A stretch of 64,000 bases of DNA from Setoptus koraiensis (taxonomy: Eukaryota > Animalia > Arthropoda): the NCBI GenBank assembly GCA_048013815.1, contig CM106586.1, positions 18,104,001 through 18,168,000 of the forward strand, given 5' to 3'. The position numbers and the translations under genes are program-made. Positions 14,325 through 25,400 of this stretch are shown here, piece after piece (position 1 is the first letter of the stretch; every line of letters starts with the position of its first letter). Below the pieces are notes generated by a model, which ran no database searches, was not told the DNA's origin, and saw only the letters and a list, made by a program, of their open reading frames with translations.

Positions 14325-14455
14325 TTAGTTGCTGTCGTTGTCGTTGCTGCTGTTGTTGTTGTTGAAGTTGCTGTTGTTGCTGTTGTTGTTGTTGCTGCTG
14401 CTGTTGCTGGTGTTGCTGTTGTCGCCGTCGTTGCTGTTGTTGCTGTTGTTGTTGG
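14325..14455. repeat. Degenerate (GTT/GCT)n trinucleotide tract
   Basis: Read directly; similar tracts at about 20520-20630, 51745-51845, 52160-52230, 56545-56660 and 57160-57300. Confidence 0.85.
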
Positions 14456-16221
14456 GCACCCAGCGATTTCTTCTCGTGCATTCGGCAAAAAGTTGCAAAG
14501 TTGAGATTGACTGGCACACACACACACATAATGATAAAATTTGTGGATGCTGCCCAAGCATCAATCATAAGTTTTTGTCGAGCGAACACATTGATGGATA
14601 CGAAATGGGGCCGCCAAAGGCAATATAACTGCGTGCGTGTGTGTGTTTGTCTTGGTGGATAATTTGCATAATTGCCCACCAGGCTATCACAAACAACAAC
14701 AACAGCATAGTGGATTTTATCTGTCATCACTACTGTTATAGTGGCACGTGTGTGTGTGTGTGTGTGTGCCATCATGAGCGACCCCATCTACTGGCGCCAG
14801 AGTGAAGTTCGAGGCTAGATATGGGGTCGGTGTTGCGAGCCTCAGTTGTGGGGATATTGTTGAATTGAATCAGTTTTCAGTGCAAAGGATTGTTGCGTTT
14901 GTCACAATTTGTGGGTCACGGCGAGCTCACTTGAGATAATCATATGATTAAATGGTTGCAGTGGCAACTTTGAATCGTACAATCGCGCTGGTCAGATTAT
15001 CCCGACTAAACTGCCAGTCAGGTTAATAATAATACTTAAGCCAGTGATTCGCAAACGGCACCAACCAACCACGCCACTCAGTGAGCAATTGCGCCAACAT
15101 GGTGACGGCACACGATGGATAAGCGAACCAGTGAAAATATAATGCAATTCCTCTGGCCAGCGAGCAGGTTTTGAGGCACCAAGTGACAGACGTGTCAGGC
15201 TGACTGTCAAGCCGGTCACAGGGCGCTGAGATTTGCCGAGATTTGCCAAGATTAACTGTTATTACGGCTAGTTTGGCCAGGTTTATCTCGATGGCGATGG
15301 ATATCTGAACATGATTGACATCGCTGATGGCACTGATAGGCCCAACATAAGTAATACAAGTGCAAACATTATGTAATAAATACGGCGACGTCTTTACTGT
15401 GTGATCACTGTTGGCCTGTCCTTGGTTATTGCTGGTGCGACAGCTGCTATCGTGTTGCTGCCGGCAAGCGTGCCCGATGCAACCAGCCGTTGTGCTGCTG
15501 GCGATCTGGCGCACCGTTTGACCTTGACGCTTCGCTTCGGCCACTGACCACTGGCCGGCATATATTCGGCTGGCCGTCATTGGCTCATTGCGATCGCCAG
15601 CCCAATAACGGCCGATTGGTTGGTCAAGGTTGCGACCGTTATGTAATGCTAATAATTCCGTACATAACAACAATGGGCTCACAAATCCGCATGCGATATA
15701 AACATTTATATATATATATCATCTCATCGTCGTCTCATGCGTCGTTTCTCAGATTTGATTGGACAGAATCGATCAATTTTAGCCGGCGGCGGCGCCAAGT
15801 TGTTCCAGCGCGCCTAATGATGACGCCACTACTGGCACTGCTCGCTCCACTGAACCAGCCAGCTAAACGGCCAGAGATCAAAACAATCACGGCTATTCCG
15901 ACCTAATGACTATTCAGATATAGCCAGCCAGCTAGCTTTTGTTTCGGTCCATTGTTCGCGAGTTGCTTGCCAGTGGGCCGACAATCGTCAATTAAGCTCT
16001 GTTTCGAGGCAACCGCTTTGCCGCTTGCGTTGCTGTTGGTGCCGTTGTTTTGGGGCCCCACCAGCGACTCAGACTTGACGCCACAATCATTCATTCTCGC
16101 CAGCCAATACTTAATGCATATCTGGCGGGCGTGCACGGCAACCGATTTAGATCTTGCAGACTGCAAGATATATCAAGTGTAGCGCACGATATGTGAAGTG
16201 GAAAAAGCGAGCGGCGAGTTG

Positions 16222-16453
16222 ATGGAGCAGATAAACGATGAGATAAGCCAATATAGAGGAGATGATTTTGTGCCGTTGTTGTTGCCGGCAAAATGTAGTT
16301 ACGTAATGCAACGCACAGCACCGCCAAGAATTCTTTGAGCATCTAGACTCTAGATTCTGGAGCCAGCCGGCCAGATATTTGCCGGCAGATAAGCCGGCTG
16401 CGAGCGGCCAAAAGAACGTGATAATGCACGATATGCAAACAAACATCTTATTT
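16222..16453 (+). CDS. Stacl: Putative first coding exon(s) of the Stac-like gene, with a frame discontinuity at about 16303-16338
   Basis: Frame A from ATG 16222 reads MEQINDEISQYRGDDFVPLLLPAKCSYVMQ and stops at 16336-16338. Frame B (16307-16453) reads QHRQEFFEHLDSRFWSQPARYLPADKPAASGQKNVIMHDMQTNILF and ends at a phase-0 GT donor in frame with the next exon. Confidence 0.55.
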
Positions 16454-19400
16454 GTATTTGTGCGATTGAAGGCACGAAAAATATTATTATCATGGTAATA
16501 GTGTTGTTATAACGGTCGCCCTCGTCTCTATAATCCATCACGGCGTTTAGTTTTCAAACCGAGCCCAAATGACATATATTGAATCAAATGAGATGCCGGC
16601 GACACAGTCGGACAATAAATCATTAATGCAAATCATCAATGCTAACCATGGTGCGCAAACCATTAGCTTGTGTCCTTCACATAATTTTTTTAGTGATTTT
16701 TCAGTTTGTCACTGCACTCTTCATATCGCGGCAACCCCTTCTACCCGAAACTCTTTATCTGACACTAATCGAGATCTTGTCCCCCCACCCCCATCTATGT
16801 ATCCGCACACACATCCGTGCCGATTAATTATACGCCCGCCGTTACAGTGACCGATTTTTCTCAGCAACTATCGCAGTTGCACGACAGATTTGGCCACGAA
16901 TTGCAAATGTTGGTGGAGAATTTCCGGAAGCGCAATGGCGAACTACGAAAAGAAAGGTAAGCTGCGCCATAATATCAAATGATTGATTGCTGCTCACAAC
17001 TCAAAACTACGCTTGACATTATATATAAATATAAATATAATTAATGAGCACAAATATCACACACAAACAACAAACAGATCGTCGTGCCCCAGTGGCCTGT
17101 TTCAAGTGTGGGAGCTGCTATTGCAACAAGTGGAGATAAACTCACAAATTCACGGTGATATTTCTAGGAATTTTAGTCAAAATTTAGGCACTGGCTTGAT
17201 AGAGAGAATATTCCACAAGAAGATACAATCTAGGAAAGTGTTTATGCATCGCGACCGCATAGAGACAATACTAAACAAGGCCGACGAGTTGCTAGTCAAG
17301 GTGAGCTAATTTACTGCACTGCGTGCATTATGCGTTATAAGCGCGTCATAAAAAAAATTATCATTACCTTGATATGATATATTCGTGTTCATTTGCATAA
17401 TAATAATGATAATCATAATTGCATCCATGGTTTGTTGTCATTGTGCGTCATTAATTTGCCCTGTCAAACCAAACTCTGACCTAATTACCGCTGACCCGTT
17501 TGCGTGGCCCATCTATGTCCAGTGTTATCAAGATTATAATGAGGCCTATCAAAAGGCGCTAACAAATCCCGCCCAATACCTAAGTGAATACATTGCGGCA
17601 CACAAGTGAGTATTGGCCCCCATTCAATGTATTGTTATCGTATGATTGATTTAATTATGTATAGCGATTGTCAATTAAAACTCTCTTGTCTTTTGTCTCA
17701 ACAGTGTCTATGTGCACCAACTTCATGCTACAAACGGCATGATACAAGCCTATCACACTCGTGCTTTACCGAAACTCCTCGAGGTGAGTAACTGACTGAT
17801 CATTTGGCCGCGCCTCGAGCGATGCGAATCCTCGCGCTATGCGAATCCTCGCGCTATGCGAATCCTCGCGCTATGCGAATCCTCGCGCTATTCAGATCCT
17901 CGAGCCATGCCAATTGTCGAGCCAGAAAGGCAGACGAGCTGTCACAATCTGAGCTCGCTCGCCGTCGCTGATTGTTGCTAATTATCATGCCTCGTCTGCT
18001 CTGTGTAATCGCATATCATCTTCTTGCGTCGTTAGGAACTCGAGGAGTGCTATCTAGAGACCAGCCAGTCTATTTCGAATTCCCTATCAGAATCTAGTGA
18101 ATTTTTCGCTGAAAAGGTGAGTGCTGTCGGTGTGCTCGCCATTGGTAATGCAAGCAAACAAACAATTGCGTGTGTCTCAGCGATCGCAACATTGACTGTA
18201 AAAACTCTGCTAAACAAACGAAGCGAACGTTGCCAATGTTATTCATTTGACCCTTTTTACAATTACGCAATTTCGCAATTCGCTTATGATGTGGTCTCAT
18301 CTTGCGCAGTCCAAGGAGGAGACCGTGGGCTACCAGACCATTGCAAACGCTTGCAAACAAGTGAACCACAAAAACGATCTCATCCAATACGTCAAGACAA
18401 TAGTTCAGTATTTAAATGAGGTGCATCCGTCTGGCGGCAACTCAATGTCGGCCAGCTCGTCGCTCATGGACAATCACCAGGCGGCCATGCAGGGCAAGGT
18501 CAAGTTGCACCAATTTCAGCAGCCCAGCCCTCAAAATTGTGAAAAGAACTCGCTCATCGACCCGATCAACCTGGTGAGTTGCCCAGCCTTCCAATGTGAA
18601 TGTTCCGAAACGTTCCGAAACATTCCGAAATGTTCCGAAATGTTCCGAAATGATCCGAAATATTCCGAAATGTTCCGAAATATTCCGAAATATTCCGAAA
18701 TGACCCGAAATGACCCGAAATATTCCGAAATATTCCGAAATGACCCGAAATATCCCGAACTCTATGATTCCGCTTCGAATAATGTCTAATGAGCTCTTCG
18801 ACGCCCCATATACCGCGTTATATATCCGCGCCACATTTCCACAGACTATCGTGCCCCTGTTCAACGACGAAATCGCCGAAGATCGCCAGTCGCCGCTGTC
18901 GCAACCGCCCGGCCTCGAGCAAGAGAGAGAAAATCTTGAGAAGAAAATCGAGAAATTAGAGGACGGCCTGGAGTCGCTGGTGAAAATTCAGGCGCGCTCT
19001 AGCGAGAGCAATCTGCACAACAAGGTGAACGAAATCCAGGAGGAGCTGAGCATGAAACGCTTCGATTTGTACGTGGCCAACATCCATTTGGCGGCCATAA
19101 GATCACAGCTGAGCTTATTTATGCGCCAAGAGAATCGTCATCTATTGCTAATGCAATCGCAGTCGCAATTGGCGGGCGCCATCGGCCAGTCCGGTCACCA
19201 GCATGCAAATGGGCGCAATTTGGTTGGCCAATACAACGATTTCTTCGCGGGCGTTGATTCGCGCAAATTGTCTAGCTCGAGCGCCGCGTCTAGCTACAAA
19301 AACAAATGGATAAAGGCGTTTAAATCGCTCAAGGACGCGCCCTCTAACAGCAACTCAAAGTCGAGCGGCGCCGGCGGTCAGCAAAGGTAAGCAAAGTTGG

Positions 19401-22400
19401 CAACAATGGCCAAATCATTAACCGTTATCGTTACTATTATGATTGTTATTATTATTCGGTGGTTGGTTAAACGAGGCGGCCAATTGACATGTCGGACATG
19501 GCGCCGGGGCTTTGTTGCCAAATATAGCAGCGGGGAGATTTCTTCGTTGTGACCGGCGCGTATCGTTGTGACCGCTGCGTATCGTTGCGACCGTTATGCC
19601 GTTATTGTGACAGTGCCGTCCAATATCGTGACATAATCGCGATATTGCGACACAATCGCGATATTGTGACATTGTTGTGCGCGCCTCTCACCACTGCCAA
19701 ACTCGAATTGCCATTGAGAACAACGAACGCCCCAGTACAAGTGCCACAACAGAACCACTTACGTAACCATGCGTCCGCTGCGTTACCTGTCCGCTACGTG
19801 TTCGCTTCGTCCAGCCGGCCGGCCGGCCGACTGGCTGTTTAGCGTAGGTGTAGCTGGATCATCGTGTCAGTGGGCACATCACATGTGTCCTCAGTTGGTG
19901 TCCAGCGCCAATGTTAGAATTGCGTGCTAACATAATAGAAACCCTGGTGCCTTCATCGTGCTATTCTGGGATTTGCTGGTCGTGCAAATGACCACTGACC
20001 ACTGTCCACTGTATTTGGTGCCCGCTGGAGTGCGTGGTCTCTTGTTATCTTTTAATCTCTCTCTCTCTCTCGCTGGCCAGAGCTCTCTCGCTGGCCAGAG
20101 CTCTCGAACGGCCGGCTCGTGATGCCGACCGGCTGGCCGGCTCAATGGCTCAAAGGGCCCACTGTCTGGCCGATGCACCGCCGGTTAGCCAACAATTGGC
20201 CCACTGGCCAGCTAAATGCCAAAAAGAACAAAAGAAGGGGCCCAGTTGGATGCGCCAAGGCGCAACAACTGCCCGCGCTCGGCCCCCCGTTCCATTTATC
20301 ATTGGGGCCCCGGCGTGCGTCGCCACTCCAACTGGCGCTGTGCTGTCTGGCCGTGTTTAGGCACAACAGTTATACATAACCTACTGCACTGACCTACGTG
20401 AGTTGCATAATCGTGGCGTGAGCGACACAAACAGAGAGAGTGCCCTTCTCGTTTATCTGCCCTTCATGTGTGCATGTGTTTCATTTAACTTCTATCCATG
20501 TCCAGTGAATAATGTCCGAATTGTCGTTGTTGCTGCTCTAGCTGTTGTTGTTGTTGTTGTGGTTGTTGTCGTTGTTGTTGTTGTTGGTGCTGGTGCTGCT
20601 GTCGTTGTTGCTGTTGTCATTGTTGTTCGATGATATATATGTGCTGCTATCTATGTGCTTGCCAGTTGCCACGACGATATGACGCAACACGGTTAGACTT
20701 GTCTAGACTGCTGGCTATGTGCACTGCTGTCGTCTCGGCATGACGCTTGCCTCTGGCCGCCCTCTTCAGGCAAACAAGCAAAACTGGATCGGAGCCGTTT
20801 AGCTGTAGTAGTGTCGTCTATCACTTGTGTTCTGTGATCGTTGCTGTTGTTGGTGTTGTTATTGCTCTGTACTATTATTATTATGTGTTTGTGTTGTTGT
20901 CCAATATCGCACCGATAAATAACTATATGCACGTAGTGGCTCTGGTCAGCCACTGGTATCAGACGGTCGCCAGAGGCGCCAGAGTCACTAGGGTCTGGCG
21001 CCACTCGTCAAGGTCTAGACTCGCTTGTTTGTTTTAGCTTGCCAGATCTGTCTCTGGGTGCCGCCCACGATCACGGGCCAGCACATTTGTTTGTTTACAT
21101 TTCGGCCAGCATGCGGCCGGTGTCTAGCGGTCAGTTCAGTTATGTTTGTCAGTTGCTTAAGCTGCACTTGGCAAACAACAACAAAAACCACACTTGGTCG
21201 CACTAGCTTAGCGGATTTGTTAGCACAAATCTTGGGATAACAACTGGCGCCGAGTGTGTAGTTATTATTGATTCGATTCTCTCGCCCGTGGCAACACACA
21301 CACACACACACGTTTTGTCGGCGAACAGGAAGCGGAGTGCGCGATGTGATTTAATTGAAACATTGTTTGCCAAAACAAAACTTGTGTGTTTGTTCTTCTG
21401 GCCACTAGAGTGGCGCCCTTTCATTATTATTATTATTGTTATTGTATTAATACTGTCGCGCATCCGAGTCTAGTGGATCTCTGCTCACAGTCCCTGATAA
21501 TTCCTGGCCTGTCCGCAATTAAATATCGGCCCGCATTCATCAGACACAGCCTCGCCATGATATACCAATGCACACTGACTGCACCCAAATGTCGGTGGAT
21601 CGGCGCTGTTTCACGCCATCGATCCCGCCAATAACAGGTCGGCATGCTATTTCTAGATTTTTTCTCTTGACAACTCACACTTGTTAGTTTAAACTGAAGA
21701 TCGATAAGAAATCTTTTGGTTGACAAAAAAAAAGTCCACCGGATTTGCCGCAAGATTTTCCATTTCCTCTAGCGGCTCCATGTCTCAGAGAGCTTTTGAC
21801 CTATCAAGTTTTCTCGGATTCTTATAAAACTTCTTATCGGAACAAATCTGATTTGATTAGAAAGTTTTTTCGTGCGCTATGCTCGCTGAAATTATGGAGC
21901 TCAGTGATTTTTTGATCTATAACAATATCTAGCGAAAAATAAACGAGAAAGAAAAAGGCTGAAATGAAATTTGCCCGTTACGTCTCGATGGTCGGATTTC
22001 GTGCAGTCTAAAGAGGATCGAGCTTGCAGCGAGTTTTTGTCACGATGATAACGACAAAACGAGTGAAAAAATGAAAAAGTCGAAAAAGGTTAGATGGTTT
22101 CGGAAGAAAAAAAAATTGATTTAGACCGTAAAAAGGCTATTTCTCGTGAGAAAAAAAAATGCCGATTTTGTTGATATTCGCTATGATCATAGTCAATATC
22201 ATCTTTCCGACTGGATGAATGGATCGTGCAAATGAGGCTTCAGTGTAAAGTTTTTGGGCGATATCTAATGAGTCATAAAATAGTGTTGATACAGTTACAA
22301 ACGCATATCTGGCCGAATGTCCGCAAGAGTTGTTTCACTGCTGCTACTGCCGCCAATTTGAACCGAAAGTTCACATATTAGCAAGTGGTTGTTTGCACCA

Positions 22401-25400
22401 CACGCCGTGTCGATATTGCCGGATGGGGGATAAGAGGAGAAAGTATCTGTTCCTTTTATGACTTCTTTTCTTTTATTTCTCGTCCATTCATTCCATTTAA
22501 TCTGACTGCATTTACTCTCAATGGTTCGCGGTTGTTGTTGGCGTCAGCAAAGTTTATCAAAGTCGTGGGCGGCCAAAGCAATAGAAAGTAAACACGCGAG
22601 CGAAATCTCGTCGGTATCCGATGATTTAAACCATTGAACTGGCGTCTCTATTGGGCGCTCGCAAATAAGATTCGCGACAGCTTTATTAAGGTGGTTTATC
22701 TGTTGTGTGTGTGTCACGTCAAATTAGGTTTGAAAGTCAGCCTGTTTCGGCGACCGCTTATCTAGCTGGCCGGCAGCCAGACGAGCGGATTGAGTGCATC
22801 TACTTTATTTTACTGTCACCAGTGGCACTGTTCTGGTAGAATTCAATTATTTGCACTCACTTAAGTCTTTTTATGACAAAGAACGGTAACGCACGAGAAA
22901 ACATACAACGCCAATTATAGCCGAGATAAAGTCAATTGAAATTAGCATAACAACAACAATTGAATAACAGCTGCTAGCACTTGTATGTAGCAAATCAGTG
23001 ATATATAATTACTTGGCCCGACACCGAAGCGTCTACCTATTTCGCTCATCAGTTTTAGTTTTATTCATCATCGTTATCACTGGTCGTCATAAACAGTGAC
23101 GTGGGTCGCCGAGGTGACAACGCTCGTTGCTAACGCGAGGTCGACAGTGTGCCCGCTGGATGGGCCCCATCACGAAAAAACTCTTTCCGTTGGACTGCTG
23201 CAGTTTCTATGCGCGTCGGGCTTCATTGATGAGTGCTGGACAGCGCAACGGCAGTATCAGTTCATTCGGCATATCCATTTCCCTGGCTATTGCACCGCGA
23301 AAAAAAAAACGCACGGGCGCTGCCGCGATTGTCCGATGACAACTGTTTATCCTCGCCGTGACGCAACCACATTCGTCATGGGCCCGATTTCGTCCTCGCC
23401 GAGCTCTGTCTCGAGGCTCTGTCGCCGGTGTAGCGGTGGCCACCTTTCGGATATTGCCGCAACGACATTTTTGTCAGCCAACGATGTGTGGGTAGAGATA
23501 GAGAAAAAAAAAGACGCATCATTTTTTATTCATACATTTTTTTTTCTTTTGCGCGCGCGCGCGCGCGCAAAAGAAAAAAAGAAAAACTTCACTCACAGAA
23601 ATTGCGTCACTCTTGTCAGTGGATACTTTGCAGTGCCGATTCGCCACTGTCAACTGGCCTCGCCAGAAATGAACTCACCTGGAAAAATGAATGGCCGTGG
23701 TTCGAAAGCTCGTTTCGCAGTTGCGAATGTGTGTATGTGTGCCAGTGACAGCAGCCGAGTATTATGAACGCGCTCCGGTGAACACTGTCAATGGATAGGC
23801 CAATGCTCACCCAATGGACGGGCCCCCCGAGTCTAACCCCAGATGGCGTATGTGTCTGGCGGTGGATGTCATCGGATAGTCTTGCTTGGCATCTTACACG
23901 ATGATGATGATGATGATTCGAAATGATGATTCAACAACTCACAATGATACGCGCGACACAATTGCGAATGCGAATTCAATGGAGCCGACGATCGATACGA
24001 GACCACGAGTGGCGACTCCAAAATGAAACTAAATAACGTGAAACTAAATAATATAAAAACGAGCTCGAACTCAACTAACAACGAGCCGAGAAATGATAAA
24101 AAGAAAACATGATGTCAAGATGAAACAATAATGACAACAATGAAATGCGCCCTCTTTCCACTTGATCTGTGTTTATCAACCTGTTTCGCCGGCGAGTCGG
24201 CCACTGGCCCTCATTTTTGGCGGCACGCACCCGCTGTGAGCTGTCTCACAGCCTGAGAGTCTCAGGGCTCACAGACGCGACACAGATGACAGCTCAACTT
24301 CCGTTTGCGCTCACAATATGTTATGTAATACCCAAAATAACTGTTTTTCGGCGCACACGACGCGATGCTATTTTTGTAGACGCACGCGATTCGAGCAAAA
24401 CACGCTCGTTACGCGAGCTGTCGGCGTAACGCGTGCTTTCCATTGTGACAACAAATAAAATATCGTCTATGCGTATTGGTTTGGTTTCCTCATTGGGCCG
24501 GCGAGTTTTTCGATCGATAGCAACCGATGCGATAAGAATGCAATTGCAAAATAAAATGACAAGCTTGTTCCATTTGGTCACCATTGCAGAGCGCTTGTTG
24601 TCGCTTATTTGCATGACTTGATACTTGACAACGCTAGCCAGCGCCGCCACTTGAGACGGTTGGCTGGCGAGCTCAAGATTAAACTGTCTACGCACGGTCG
24701 ACAACAACCGACCATCAATTGACGATGGGCCGCTGCACTCAATTGGCTAGACAATCAACAATGACAACAACAAGCAACACAACGGATCATCATGTCAATT
24801 TGTTTGTATTTAGAATATGGGGCCGGCAGTAACAATAAGTGATCGACACAATTCAATACAAGTGTGCTTGAGTAGCAAACTAAACTTGATACACCTAACT
24901 CGCCACGGTGCCACTTGTCATCACAAGTGGCAAGTAGTGCAAAAGCATGTAGTTTGCCGCTGACAGTTGAACGACAACAACAACAACAACAACAACTGCA
25001 CTGTCTCTATTTCACCCGATTTGAGTCGGCCCGATTGGGGCCCGATGAGCAGATCGTGATGGACGAGCGAGCAACTATGTTGGCCATTAGCTGGCCTAGA
25101 CATACGTTGGCATTGTCACATGTTCAATCGTTGTTGTCCATGGCTCACCGTAATTAAAATCGACAACTTGTAAAATCGACCTTGTCGTGTCGCACGTGCA
25201 ATAGTGGCCGGATATGCGCACCTAACATTGGGCCCAATTGATCGATTCAAATTCATTGAGCGATTCTCCAAATGGCTTGCCTAAACGTTAATTGATCATT
25301 TGGCGATTCGCGCGCGCAATTAATAAATGTATTAATTGATTTTTATTTAATTAAAAATTTCATTTAATTGTTGATACCTAATGATGAGTGAAATACCGGC

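Noticed and set aside
13222-14882. CACTGAAAA...TTTTCAGTG with CA flanks, a possible CMC/EnSpm-type MITE
   Set aside because: Only 9-bp arms, no subterminal similarity, an interior of ordinary simple-repeat DNA, and found post hoc.
23096-23767. 223-aa GTG-start ORF in the large intron
   Set aside because: No ATG start or recognisable domain; it runs through A/T homopolymers and the (GC)9 palindrome.
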